Below, in pieces: positions 43,575 to 58,088 of a stretch of 64,000 bases of DNA (position 1 is its first letter; each line of letters opens with the position of its first letter). The DNA comes from Chrysomallon squamiferum (taxonomy: Eukaryota; Animalia; Mollusca). The position numbers and the translations under genes were made by a program. Under the pieces are notes generated by a model. It was not told the DNA's origin. It made no database searches and was given only the letters and a program-made list of their open reading frames with translations. Location of the stretch: NCBI GenBank assembly GCA_012295275.1, contig CM022670.1, positions 23,064,001 through 23,128,000 on the forward strand, written 5' to 3'.

Positions 43575-45885
43575 ATTTAGGACACCACATTTCTTTTGAC
43601 TGAATTTTGAAACAAACTATAGACTGAGACGCATGTGGCACCTCTGTATCTTATTTTAAGCTAAAAAAAAATAAAAAATAAAAAAATAAAAATATATATA
43701 TCGTTCGATTACTTAGTGACGTAGATAGTTTGATACTTATAAATAAATAAATAAATAAATAATAAATTAAATTAAATTATAAATAAATAAATAAATAAAA
43801 AGTAAAATGTTGTTGCTATTATTATTATTATTATTATTTAAATTAATTGATTCTGTTTGCAGCTAATGTAAAAGGTCAGACGATTTAAGTTCCCGCTACC
43901 GGAAGTCTGGACAAGATTTTACCAGTCTATTTTACATTGCTTAAAATTGTATTTAAGTTGAACTATTTACATATTTTTTACAAGTGAACCTATACCTTTA
44001 CACTGGACTATACTAACAATAGATATTGTGCCATTCCAGAGGAAACGTAGGAAGAGATAATTTTGTACTGTTATTTTTATACGTTTTTGATTAATTTAAT
44101 GTTTATTTTCAGAATAATATAATTCGTCCGACATTAAAACAACAACAACTACACTACATTTATAGCAAACAATCCAAATGCAAAATAAACAAATTGATTT
44201 TCTTAGTTTCATTCTGCTTATAAATAACAGTAACTATTAGCATGGTTACTACAACTCTACTGCTACTTTTAGCCCGTCTACTGGGACAAATACTTTTACT
44301 GCTATATAATTAGAAAGAGAGAGAGTTCATTTATTTTTGATAATTAATTACTAGCATATCAAACAAGTAATATCTGTGTAACGTCGTAGGACACTGCTGA
44401 ATGCATTCCGACATCTTCACAATTTCAATTACTCGTGTTAATCCGATTTCTTTTAAATCACGGTCATCGTGCACATCGTCCAAAAGAATAAAATGTCATT
44501 GGAAAGCCTATTTGTGAGCTTGTAGAAATATTAAGAGGGACTTTGTATTAAGGGAATACCTGTAAGAGGTCTTAAAGCCAACAATTAGACTGATGTCGGC
44601 GTAAAAGATTGACAACACAAACAACAGGAGAAAAAAAAAAAAAAAATGCACTGAGCGTCAGTATTTTGTTGCTGTACTGATTCTGTACATGATGATAAAT
44701 TCTAAATTACTATACTATTTACCTGGCGCTGATGTGTAATAATACAAAAATCAGTAGTCATGAATCCAAAATCAAATAATTCTTAATTGTGCATGTTCAT
44801 CAACGTTTAAAAACAGTTATGAACAAGAATCAGAAAGAATTTGCGAAATATACTGAACATAAAACGTAGAAGTAAGATGCAAATTTAATATCAAAGCATG
44901 ATAACCGTGACTCAGTTATAGCATAACAGGTTCATAAAACATAATTTAAATCAGATTTAAATATGTTATGAATGCATATATTTAGCTTCATAATCTCAGA
45001 TGTAAATGTTTCAATATCTACTAAATGTATTACACAATAATAAACTTATGTCAGCTCTTGTGTGAAACCTCATTCAAGCTGGGTTTTTTCAAAGTCACAG
45101 AATGTTACAGCCATTATTTTCAATTTGTCGTTTTTGAAATAAATGTAAATAATTGTTTTTCTGTCTTAAACATCTGTTGGCTGAAGGTCTTTTTTGTTTT
45201 TTTGTTAAACATTCTAAGATTTTATTAGTCATGTTGTTTTAGCCAAGTTATGTATATGCAATTAATTACGTTATTCACTGCACGTTTTAGAAACAGGAAT
45301 GTTGATGTATGAAAAGCACGTTACATTAGATAATCATAGTACCGGTCATAAATATTGTACACACTCTATTTTTATAAGTAGAAATGCATGAAAATCGTGT
45401 AACCTGATACTGCTAATATAGACTGCTTGAGTTCATACATATTTTAGTAGTAGTAGTAATATTAGCGACAGCAGCAGTAGAAATAGGCTCTGGAATTTTA
45501 TTGAATAAAACAGTCTCTTAAAAGATTTGGGATTGCAGACTGATTATAATGACACCTTATATAATTTATGGTGTACTTCATTAAATTCGTCTTTTCGGAG
45601 TATTTATGACAGGTAGAGTCCGGTAGGACACGATCTTTAACAAAAAATTTAGCTGTCAGAACCTCGTACAAAGATCTAACAGCTCTGCAATTTTCTCTCA
45701 CTAATCTTACTATAAGCTGCGGATTGCTTTCCCATAATAACTTTCTTGAATCACGTCTAGATACGCAGATAATAGACTAAGGAATACACGCATTTTCTTA
45801 TAAAATCGTTTATTATTTATAGTTGTTTAATAAGTTCTGATTTGATTTATTAGATTAACATCACCATTTATAACCATTATCAGTG

Positions 45886-45922
<37 letters not shown>

Positions 45923-47876
45923 ATGAGTAGTATTATTAATATTAATAGTATTATTAAAGCAGTAGCAGTAGCAGTAGTAGTGGTAGTAATTGTAGCAGTA
46001 GTGTTAGTGGTGTTGGAAAATAATAATAGTAGTAGTAGTGATTTTATGTTTGTTTTGTTTTTAATATTTACTATCTTTATTTAAATTATTTATATCGATA
46101 ATAAATGTTCTATTATTTATGTCAAGAAAATATATTTCTGTTACCGATTAAAAACCCATGAAACAAAGAAAAAACAAAAAAAAAACCCATTGATTTTAAA
46201 AGTATAAATTATGCCCGCATTACTGTTGCAGAACGTTTTAATATCATCATTTAATTTGGGATAAGTTCATATTGGACTCACACCTAAAAATCCATTACGA
46301 TATCAGGTTATTGTTTTAAAATATCAGTTAAAACAGATGTATTGGTCTTTCACGTCATATTGGAACCAGTTCCATGACGGTACAATGAATCTATTTCTGT
46401 TCCGTGCAATACTTTTAATACTGGTGGAAATGTAGACTTTTTAGTAAGTACAGGACCAAATATATTTTTCTCACCATATGCATTGTAATTTCTTTTATAA
46501 TTCCAAAAGTAGTTTTGTACGGTTTCGTTCGAATTTAACAAGACTTGTGTCAAAACATTTCATCACATGCGAATTACAGTTTTCAGAGTTAAGTTTTATG
46601 AAACTTAGATTGTGAAAACAAAAATATTTCTTCCCTTATAGACCACTGGTTCTTTCCAGTTCGACAGCAGACGTTTGGTGCGTGCTATCTTGCCTAATGG
46701 AAAATGTATACAAAAACAGATAGCTTCTGGCAGTCTCTAATATCTGTAATTATTAATCTCTCTCCTGGGCGGGCAGTGCACGGAGTAGACTGGCGTGCCC
46801 GAATAACCTACAGTCTCATTACCATGTACTGGCACATGGCTCATCACGGCCTGTCCCAGGTGGGCCTGCATTTAATATTAGATTCTGTCACATTAACACC
46901 TTCTTATCTTTTGGTTCTCTTGCTGTTCTTCTTAGAATCACAATTGTCCTCCTCGTGATAGTTATCCCCAGAATAACGTACTTTCTGTATCAGTTTTATA
47001 TTTGAATTTCGATCTAGATTGCTCTACCTTTCAATTATTCTGCGGTAATATAGTAGGTCGGTTTTCATTAAAATCCATTCTAAACAAAATGTAAAAAAAA
47101 AAAAACATGATGTAAAATGGCGTGTAATTTTTATTTATTTCTGTCTTCAAAAGGAACATGCTTAAAGCATCATTATTTAGTGAAAGCTTGAAAATATTAT
47201 TGTTTAAGCGATCATTTGTACAAATAGTATTTGTTTACTTATTCATATCATAACACACTTTGTATTTAAATGGTAAGATAAAATACTTTGTATTTATACA
47301 GTAAGATAACTTGAAGAAAAAAAAAAAAAGAAAAAAAACGTGTACGGTATCTAAATAATTTTATCTCATTTCTAAAATATTATAGTTGTATTTAATTATA
47401 CAGGATTTCTATTATAGCAATTGATTTCGATGAAATAATCACTGTAAGATAGTTTGGTGGTCTGAGACTCTATTGTGAAGGTCTCTACATCGACACATAA
47501 CTGCAGTTTATGAATGACTTGTATTTCTACAGTTGTCTTATGAGTGTAAATATTGCGATTCTTATCCGACCTAAAAGCAGTTTAACTCGTCTCCTCGTTG
47601 CGTTTCTCCGACAACTACTTATTCGGGCATTAATAGTTCGTTTAAATATTAAAGCTGTGCGCAAGGAACAAGAGCGAATATAAGCATCATTTGTGTTGAA
47701 ACAAAATCGATTATCCTTGTAGATCCTGCTTTTTATAGGATCGGAATTTTCTGCAAACATTGCTTATGCTTGGCACCTTCATCATACGGAAAAAAAAAAA
47801 TAAAAAAAAAATATATAATTAAAAAAAAAAAAAAAAAAATAATAATAATAAAAAAATATTAGTAATAATAACAAAT

Positions 47877-48060
47877 GTGTTTAATAAAGCTTTCAACATA
47901 CTTTAAATCTGAGATTACATCCGGTTAAGGACAACATACATAAAGAGAATTAGAAACCCGATACCTCTAATAGCTGGTTAATTGTTTTAGTCGGTAACAA
48001 GGGATCTTCATTTTCACATTTGCTTGGAGACTTTGTGGGACGTTAGCTGGACCCGTTTAT
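47877..48060 (-). mobile_element. Partial (3') copy of the same SINE family
   Basis: Blocks TTTAAT...TCAACA, GGTTAAGGACAACA, AGAAACCCG and CAAGGGATCTT appear in the order expected for that SINE tail and core. Confidence 0.5.
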
Positions 48061-48879
48061 CAGTAATTCCGTACATTTCCCCTGCCTTTATTGATTTTTA
48101 ATCATTCTAAGTATAATGTTTTTCAAAAAATGTTTTTTTTAATATATATATATTTTTTAATTTTTATTATTTTTATTTTTTCAAAATGGATCTAAGGGAA
48201 ATAATCTTTCGATTCCTGACGTCAAATGTTGACGTTTCTTAATTTCATACAAGAAATAACGAAATGAGACTATAAATCCTTGCATTATCGGTTCATTGAC
48301 AATGTTTGCATTCTTATGAAAATAACATTAATACCGACACACGCAGCTTCGATCATTTCTAATAATTAATCAAATGCTTTGTGTAATAGCTGGAGCTTGT
48401 CTATAATGTGGTGTAAACATAGCGTTTCCCGTTCCATTGTCAATGTGGGTTTTTTTTTATGTCTCACGCTTTTACATTCCTATTTGAATTATTGGCTCTC
48501 GTCGAGTCCAACGACACGTTAAAACTGATGTATGACGACTACCTGCATCAACGTATTGATTGTTGTGCGTATTCTGAATCGTGTGGTTTTTACCATATTG
48601 TGTATGTTTACAAACCAATAGACTGGCTTTAATTTTTTTTTTTTTTTTTTCTCTCTCTCTTTCATGCGAAATCTACCTTTCCGGTAGACGTAATTCGTTC
48701 AGTTTTTATGGCTCCGTTTCGTGAAATGATCGCACGAAACCCCGTTCCGTCCAATATATTTCAGTTCTGAGACGTACGTATTACGAAGCTCGGTGTAAAA
48801 TCATCAGTATAATATATGCTTTACAGCGCGATGGATGACCCTGAAGGAAAACCTCCAACAAAGTAGAGAAATCAATATT

Positions 48880-49211
48880 AGCGGTGACTATTTTGTATGC
48901 CGTGCCGGATTCCTATCGTTGTCGCGTCTCGGCATGTGCTGGACAACTTGTTAGTTGTATTATTAGTAAGCTCTGCGTGACAGCTCCGGCAAATATAAGT
49001 CATACATTTAAAATAATTTATATACATATAGGTAGATAAAACAACTTCAGCAGCAAATAACACACTGAATAAGCTACAGCACCACGTGACCTTTTCATTC
49101 ATTATGAACATCATTTCGTGATGTCAGTGTGTATTTCATTAGGAGAGCTGTTCGGATGATGATGCTGTTCTGTGATGCGATGGCGGCGATTCGCTTCTGA
49201 ATCAAAAATTT
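48880..49211 (+). promoter_or_regulatory. Candidate proximal promoter / 5' exon of Kv2
   Basis: CpG-enriched stretch ending at a GTAAGT donor (49212-49217), about 1.9 kb upstream of the T1 exon. It contains a short uORF at 49156-49200 and a second ATG at 49175. Confidence 0.35.
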
Positions 49212-50992
49212 GTAAGTCTGAAACTACATCACAATGGATAACGTTAGAGCGTTATGGATTTCCTCGTCCAAATATCGTAACGGATTTCAAAAATGCCGTT
49301 TTAATGCCTTTGATCGAGATAACGAGAAAAATTTAGTTTATCAAGAGTAGATTTTGATTGGATAACTAATGGTGTTTTTTTGATGTTGACTGTGAACGCT
49401 TTGTTTAAACGTCGAGGATTAAAGAAAAGAGTTAAAATTAATTCGCTGAATGGGATTGTTTTAAATGAAGCATTGTTTAGCGGGCTGCAGTTTCTGTTTT
49501 GTGTTGGTAGGCTTAAACTTGTTGCCAGTACATTTTCTTACATAACGGAGCATGCTGCAAGTAGGAACATGCGCAGTGGCCAATGAGTAAGTCTGTACGT
49601 ATGTAATGTGTCCCCACTCGTTGTGGTCGACTTGGTGTTTCTGTTATGCTGAGTGGGTGACTTTCAGCTGTCTCGTGTCTTCTGTTCTCCACATTTTGCC
49701 AGTTGGTCTTTTAGAATGAACTGCCGTACACAACTACTATTGCGGTGGTTCGTGGAGAAGATCTCCAGGAATCGTCGGCCATGATAGATGTAGATGTCAG
49801 GTAGGGGCTGAACAAAACAAACAAACGAAACCAAAACGAACCTTTGGCGTATCTAGCTGTACACCTCGCAGGAACTGTGTTAGTGCTCACTAAGAGCTAG
49901 AACACCGTGCTGTGGTTAAGTCACTTATCTGTTGCATGGGAAACCGTTTGTTTCGTCACCACTATCCGAGTATAGAGTTCTCTGATTGCGGCATGGGCGC
50001 TTAACCTATTACATTTTCTTTAATATATATATATATATTTTTTTTTTCTCCAGTCAATACCAATCTCAAAGGATCCTAAATTTGCCTCGAGTATTTTATC
50101 TTATTACCGTCTACATTATTTTGTACTCTGTTGAATAAAAACTGTTGCATGGCTATAAAAAGATAACATTTTGAACCTCACTTTAACATTTAAAATATAA
50201 TTTGAAGACCTAGTTTTAAAATTTATAATTATAAACTAATTAAATTGATCTTGGTAATTATAAATTGTTAAAACAACAGAAACAAAAATATAAAATTTAA
50301 ATAATAATTATTTGCTACTGCGTTGAAACGAAATTCATCAACACATAACGAAGTTTTGTACACAGTATATTTATAGTGGGTTGGAATATTTTCTGTTATT
50401 AATACTTTCATACAATTCCCAGATAGACTAGAAGAGTAAGTAGACAGTGGTTTATCTATGTCGATACGTTCCGTCCCACGGTGAGGCGTCCATTGTCGAT
50501 TTTAATGTTATAAATGTTTGTTTATCACAGCCGTCTGTAGCTCACTAGTGAATGGAGAGAGTACACTGAGATACAATACAGTGTGTGATAGCTGTTATAA
50601 CGGGTTTGTTGTTAGTCGTTAAGATACTACGTTGTCTATTCTGTCTGCTTGTTGTCTAACTAATCCCTATATTTGCTTAGTTTCCCCAGTGTTCATCCCC
50701 CACCCAATGTGCTTGGATGTCGTCATTTCCGTCAACACTGCTTCGTGTTTGTGTAATTCATGCCTGAACAAACTGGGCTGTGTGTGGTGAAGACTATCGT
50801 CCTGTAGACTGTTTATTACATACAATGTGACATAGACAGTGTCTAACGATCTTTCTCTGTGCTTGTGCTACTGCTTTTCTTCCTTTCACTGTGTGTTCTT
50901 CTACCTTCCCAAAGTAACACTTCACGTGTGAACTGCTGTCTGTTTCATTTATCACTGACAAATATGTAAAATATAAATCATATATAAATAAC

Positions 50993-51025
<33 letters not shown>

Positions 51026-51076
51026 AAAAAAAAAATTAACAATAACTTAGAAAATGTTACATTGAATTTATGAATC

Positions 51077-51997
51077 ATGTTTTTACCCAGCTCAGGGTCT
51101 GGTCAGGGCAGAGATGGGGAAGGATCGGGGACGAACCTGGGTTCCAGAGCTTCCTCGCTACGACATCACCCAACATCACCCGGAGCATACCACTTTATCC
51201 ACGCACATGGCATGAGAAAAAGGGACCACGCCTCAGCTCACGGCCAACCAGGGGAATCAGTTCTTACACCAGTCAAAGAATCTTCCGCCAGAAAAGTGCG
51301 CGAGATTCCCAAACCCGAGGTAAAAATAGCTCCCAATCCTGTCGTGTGTTCAGACGTGCAATCAGTCGGTCTATCCGATCCGACTGCCGCAGCAGTAAAC
51401 ATGGGGGTACTGCAACAACAGCAGGACGAAGAAGTGGCGGTGCCCGACCGTTATTTTGCTCATCGCGACCCAGGGGAAATTCCTGACTTGTACGCGATCC
51501 AGAGGAGCAAGCAGGACACTAGGAGGGTGGTTCTCAACGTGGGAGGTGTGAAACACGAAGCTATGTGGCGGACACTTGATAGAATGCCGCATACGAGATT
51601 AGGAAAACTTCGAGAGTGTCTTTCGCACGAAGCTATACTCGATTTGTGTGATGACTATAACTTGAGTGAAAATGAATATTTTTTTGACAGACACCCGAGG
51701 TCTTTCGCATCCATTTTGAATTTTTATCGAACAGGAAAATTGCATCTTGTGGAGGAAATGTGTGTACTTTCTTTCAGTGAGGATTTGGAGTACTGGGGGA
51801 TCGACGAACTGTACCTGGAGTCGTGCTGCCAGCACAGGTATCACCAGAAAAAGGAGCACGTATTCGAGGAAATTCGCAAAGAAGCAGAAAGTATCAGGCA
51901 AAGAGTGGAAGAAAATTTTGGAACCGGTGCTTGTGCTAAATGGAGACATAAAGTCTGGGATTTGTTAGAGAAACCAACAACGTCAATGGCAGCAAGG
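51077..51997 (+). CDS. Shab: Shab/Kv2 voltage-gated potassium channel, N-terminal/T1 (BTB) coding exon (partial gene; transmembrane exons not in window)
   Basis: The ORF encodes RRVVLNVGG...[12 protein letters not shown]...LCDDY...[24 protein letters not shown]...[22 protein letters not shown]...[14 protein letters not shown]. This carries the Kv2 CDD motif and the non-Shaker T1 zinc motif HX5CX20CC. It ends at a phase-0 donor AGG|GTAAGT (intron from 51998), the same position as the KCNB1 intron (...SVAAK|ILA...). The 5' boundary is uncertain: ATG 51077, acceptors ending 51090 or 51095, or in-frame AAAC-ATG-G at 51401. Confidence 0.95.
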
Positions 51998-52943
51998 GTA
52001 AGTATGTAGTGCATAATAATGACTCATTAATATATCTTCTTCTTTTTTTTCTTCTTCTTCTTTTTCAGGGGTGTGTATATTATATAATGTTACAATTGCA
52101 ATGTTACATATTAACCTTTGTTGTTATTTGTGAATTAGCATGTTTTCAGTGTTATAGTATACAGTAAACTGCAATATAATCTCGTACACGTGCCTCCGGG
52201 ATAATCTCGCTCTGTTGCCCTCAGTGTTCTGAAAGCATTCTGAACAGATGTTTACATCTGACGGCAACAGCTGAAACACAATACCAGCACCCACCTATTG
52301 CTAAATGGAATCGTCGTATTGCCATCTGTGGTTCTGTGCTTTATCGCTAACATCTAGGAACTGTTCATTTATTATGTAGGGGTGTTATGTAAAATTATTA
52401 TACAGGTATGTGACTGCTGTGTAGTTATGTGTGTGTATGGCGTTTGTCTCTGTGCACGATGTATGTATATATAAATAAAATAAGATAAGGATCACTGAGA
52501 AATAAAAGAAATTAAATATAAAATAGAAATACATTGTATATTGATGCATTAAGTCTATACTATATCTTAATCTATATCCCATTTAATTAATTTCTATTAC
52601 GATAAGAGAAAAATAATTATATATATATATAATCGAAAAAGCTTATAGAATAAAAAGTGCAGAATAGTAATTTTTGAAGATAAATAGTTTGCGTATATAT
52701 GTGTACATATGTTCGTGTATGTAAGATTGTGAATACATATGGCTGGATTTCCTTTTCTTTCCTGTGAGCAGATATATTTTATATCAATTTTTTTTTTTTA
52801 CTTTAACGATATTTGATCCTTATGTTAATTGGAAGAGTCAACAACAGTAAATAAATTTAATTCAGTATTAATATATTCCTCTTAGATTAATTTTCTGTTC
52901 AGCATTCTGATGTGTATCTACGCATCTACGGGAATTTCAGTTT

Positions 52944-53025
<82 letters not shown>

Positions 53026-55464
53026 TAAAAAAAATAAATGAACAAATAAATAAAAGAAAATTTGAATATAGAGTCAATATTCTATTATGAAATATTATCA
53101 GATTATTTTGTACACTTTTTTTGATATATTTATTTCTGTCTTCTTCACAACTGTTAAATCGTATGAGAGTGTAAAAACAAATTATACAAATACATTTATT
53201 AATGTATTTTAACAAATTATCTTATTTTTAAATATTATTATTATTGTTATTATTATTATTATTATTTTATTTATAAAAATATAATTCAAAAATAAATCAT
53301 TCAATAAATACATAAATTAAAAAAATATTAATAATAAAATAATAATAAATAAATAAAATAAAATAAAATAAAATAAAATAAAATAAAATAAAATAAAATA
53401 AAATAAAAATAAGTAAATTCACTCCTCTGGTCTACAGACTATATTTTTAAATCAATATTCACTGTTGCTTCTCTTTCACGCTTTAAAGAATAGAAATCGT
53501 GTATCTACGTTCAATTATTCGCTATCGAATTGCTGTTTACGTATCTCTTCATTGCTTCATCTAAAACTGCTACCATATTTCACCTAAATGGCCATATATC
53601 CTCCCAGAAAGACCTTCATTTATGGTAATCTTTTTGTTAAAAGGCAAAGCGCGCAGTGTTTTGCGTAGATAAGAATTGATTTTTTTTTTCAACTTAATTT
53701 TCGGTACTTCGATAGGTTCTTATTTTTTCCTCTCTGAGTTCCATGATTGCAATTTGTTGATCAAGTTGAAAGACTGTTGATTACCAAGGATCTGAGTTAT
53801 CTTTACATTTTGCACTTTGACATTTAATACAAAGTGGAGTACATGACTAAATAGATAGGCCGAGATATTTTATTTTATTGTAGAAGCATTGGCACATTTT
53901 GTGATCTCTAAAAAAGAGGCTCCAATACTTGAGCATATGCCGCCTTGAGCTGTATATTGGGAAAGCAGTTGAAGCCATGAACATTTTCAAATCTAAGTTC
54001 AGACATACACCCTAGACTTTTCCAATTTCAGACGCTATTACTACCAGTCAAACTGCTCAAATTTATTGAAACTGCTGGCAGAAGTTGGATACCGCTGCAA
54101 ATAAACAGGAACCCGGTGTAATTAACAAACATTGACTTGCAAACAAACTTTAAAATCAATGGTAACTAAAATGTATCATGTTATTCTGGCTCTTCATATC
54201 TTGCTCTAAATGTGGTGATACATGATGGTCTTATCTAGGATGTTTAACACAAGAGAAAGACATGATATAGCCTATATGATCTTATTGCAGTCACATGTTG
54301 AAGCCAGTCGAAGTTTGCTGGTTTCAGCAAACTTGTCGACAACTGACCGACGATTGGTCAGTTATTTTGTCCTCCTTCGAAATACACCAGTGTGCTGTAA
54401 TAATATATTTGTAAGTATAATGTTTTTTGTATGCATAACAACATGTTAGCATGACATTTACTATAAAAAGTTAAATGTCTGAAACAGTATGTTAATTTTT
54501 ACTACCATTATATTTGCTTCTTCATAAGTCAAAACATAATAAAACTTTTATTTGTTGATCTGTTGAACATATTGCTTAGCTATTAACCTGTAGGGCCACA
54601 GAAATATTGGTGCATTGTGTATTTTCTAGAGTTCGTAAGCATAAACTTTGGAACATTGATAGCTAATAATACAAACAAAAGCAATAAACAGTTTTATTAC
54701 TTCAGTCTAAACGACTACTGACTACACTGGTATTAAAACAGCAACTTGATTAATTAAATAAATTAATGAACTAATTAATTTAAAACAATTTTTTTTTTTT
54801 AAAAGCACCAAAAAAGGACATAAAACAATGCCAGCTAAACATGACAAAAATAAATTAACACTGAAAGAAAAAAAAAAATGACAGTACATTGTTATTAACA
54901 ACAACAAGAACCGACATAAAACAAAATTAATCATCAACATCATTATTTTATTTATTTATTATAATTAACTAACTGGATTTGTATTGATATAATGTGGAAG
55001 AGAAAAATGAAAATAAAAAAAATCTCCATTGAATTGTAGGTGGAATATAAATGTAATCATCTATTAATAAAATTTGTTCCACAGTAAACGGTTCAATAAA
55101 GCTGAAATGCACAGCCATGCAGGGAAATAATTGCCAATTAAGCACGTTTTTGCTTTAAATTTGTAATTCTCTTGAAAACAATTAAATATTCAGAACCGCA
55201 GTTTTAGTGTATATGAAATGGAAAATTGTAGAATTAACAATTCGTTTAACTCAAACATTAAGGATATTTAGTTAAATATTAAGTTACAACTAGAATTTAA
55301 CTAGAACTAGTGTTTGTGGACACATACATACATACAGATAACTTTAATATGCGTTTAATAATTTTGTTTGCTATCGTTAAGACAAAAACTGATTCATTTT
55401 GAAAAAAACAACAACAAAAAACGATTATGAAAATTTAAAAATTATGTATGTATGTATGTATGTA

Positions 55465-55501
<37 letters not shown>

Positions 55502-56013
55502 GTAACTTTCGTTTGAAACTTGTGGAAGCTATTTAGTATATTTATGACAACAAACAGACATAATATAAACAGATCTCATACGTATTCGTGAATTAAGCAG
55601 TACTAAATATCTGCTTAAAAGTACTAAATCAAAGACTTTCATTTTGAAAGGATCGTGGCTTGTCTGAAAACAAGATTCTTCAGCACACTTTTTTGTTGTT
55701 TTGTTAACAGTCTTTGAGTTCTTGCCAAAACCACAAAGCTGGATAGTCTCCAAATATTTAGTACATGCTGTCGCTTCCTTGAAAACACATCTATAAACAC
55801 AATAGTTCACAGCTTTACAATGTAAAATACTTGTTTCAGAGAATTCCATGTTACTATAAACATAAAACTTAAATGGAATATTCAATTACTGGCCTGTAAT
55901 AATAAATAATGTCCAAAATAATTTATATTTTAAACTACTGTTTATGATATAATGCAAAAGTTCTTGTTCAGACACATACATACACACAGCAGTTATATGT
56001 GAAAACAATAAAA

Positions 56014-56101
<88 letters not shown>

Positions 56102-56587
56102 GGGCGCGTGAAGATTCCAAGGTGATACGCTGTAAAAATAAAACCACTGTATTAAAATAGTTCCACGTACAAATAATTCAGTACTGTTTGACACGCATAA
56201 CTATTAATGTATAAAATAATACCACACACTACAGCAATATGACTTTACTAAACTAACATCATATAATAAAATGTAAACTGTGGTAAGATATTATCACTGT
56301 AATGTAATACGACCTGTATGATAGCATATCACTCTAATGAAAATTAATCAGTATAGTAATTATAAATATGTTTCACGTTTATCGAGCTCGTTCGTTCCGG
56401 AGTTACACTGATCTTAAAGTATATTTCCCCCCCACCACCCCGTAATCTGTAACCATGACAACCAGTATCATCATTAATAATGAAGAAAGGCAGATTTTTT
56501 ATCTCTTATAAACTCATATATGACCTAGATTGTATCCAAAATTTATCACTCTTTACCCCAAAATTAAAAAAAAAAACGAAAAGAGAG

Positions 56588-56627
<40 letters not shown>

Positions 56628-56894
56628 TAATAACAATAATAAATTTATAAGAAAAAAAAAAAAAAAAAAAAAAAAGAAGAAAGAAAAACTGAATTTATTT
56701 CCTAATGTATTGTGTAAACGAGATGTTTTGATGATAAAAACCATTAGTAGTCATGGTTACTAGGATGGGTTTTGTATTTTACAACAGTATTCTTCAGTGA
56801 TATTTTTCTCCACCTTCCACATCCCCCCCTAAAAAAACACCAAATCAGTTAAGCGAGAAAAATACTTTTTACTGTGAATACTGATATGTCTTTT

Positions 56895-56942
<48 letters not shown>

Positions 56943-57214
56943 GTTTGACGAAATATAAAGGTACCATTAAATAAAATACATGTTTTCTTTTTTGAATGTA
57001 ACTACATACGGATATAAAGTATATATGTTCATGTTATTTTTTGTTGTGTATGTGTGTGCGTATGTACGTGTGTGTGCGTGTATGTATTTGTGTATCTATC
57101 TGTGTGTGTATACATGTGTGTAGTGTGTATGAACGTGGGTATCATTTTGTTTGTAAACGGAATTAGAAATCATGTAATGTTATTTTATAAAATACAACCA
57201 GTCATTTAGTTTTC

Positions 57215-57292
<78 letters not shown>
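57215..57292. repeat. (AAT)n microsatellite
   Basis: Read directly; similar tracts occur at 29761-29823, 41183-41245 and 52947-53020. Confidence 0.97.
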
Positions 57293-57911
57293 TGTAATAA
57301 TTTTCATTTTATACATATATATATATATATAGCTTTTAAATCAGTTTTCAAGTCTGGTCTGCGGTTAAGATAGTTTCAGAAGTAACCTGTTGTCTGTTTA
57401 CACAAACAATATTAAATTATCTGGTAAATCCATTAAACCAGATTTTGACAAACTCGAGCAAATACTCCTTCGTTTGATATGTTAATGAATGGTGAGAAAT
57501 CTCCCACAAATTTAGAATCACAGGTGGAAAAAATGAAAAAAAAAAAAAAAAAAGAAGAAGAAGAAGAAAAAAAAGATTATTAAAAGGAACCATCTTTCTT
57601 TTTAAACGACGGAGTAATGGCTTTTTATGATGTGCCTGTACACGTGATCAGCGTACTTTCTCCTGTCGGAAATGATGTTGAAAAAAAAAAAAAAAAAATT
57701 GATGCTTTATACACGTGTTATAATTAGCCACAGCCAGTGTTGGAGATAGGCTTGATGGAATATGCCGTAAAATAAGGTGTTCGTTAAGTGCTAAAAAAGT
57801 ATCAGCTTTGCTTTCGAAACAGAGGTGGCGTTTTCTGATATAGTTAATAACGGGATACATAAATCTTGTAATCTAGATATTTTTTATAAAGCTTTCAAAA
57901 AAATGAAAATA

Positions 57912-58088
57912 CAGTGAAACTCCTTAAAACCGAACAGTATCTAACCACATAAAAATGTCGGTCTGGTGCAAAGTTTGGTTTTACTAAAGTTTTACATTTA
58001 GATACTTCATAAATCACGGGACTGTGGATGTCGCTCGGTTATGAGGTATTCCGATTTGGATAGGGTTCAGTTTTAAGAAGTTTCAGTG
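57912..58088. mobile_element. Tc1/mariner/pogo-type MITE (177 bp)
   Basis: 24-bp TIRs CAGTGAAACTCCTTAAAACCGAAC and GTTCAGTTTTAAGAAGTTTCAGTG match at 21/24 positions. TA flanks both sides (57910-11 and 58089-90). Confidence 0.85.

Noticed and set aside
51070-51968. Overlapping alternative-frame and antisense ORFs (51070+, 51371-, 51599-, 51747+)
   Set aside because: These are shadows of the GC-richer Kv2 exon with no recognisable protein features.
51998-52009. ORF C-terminus VSM* as the true end of a T1-only protein
   Set aside because: This is read-through into the intron past a canonical donor at the conserved Kv2 intron position.
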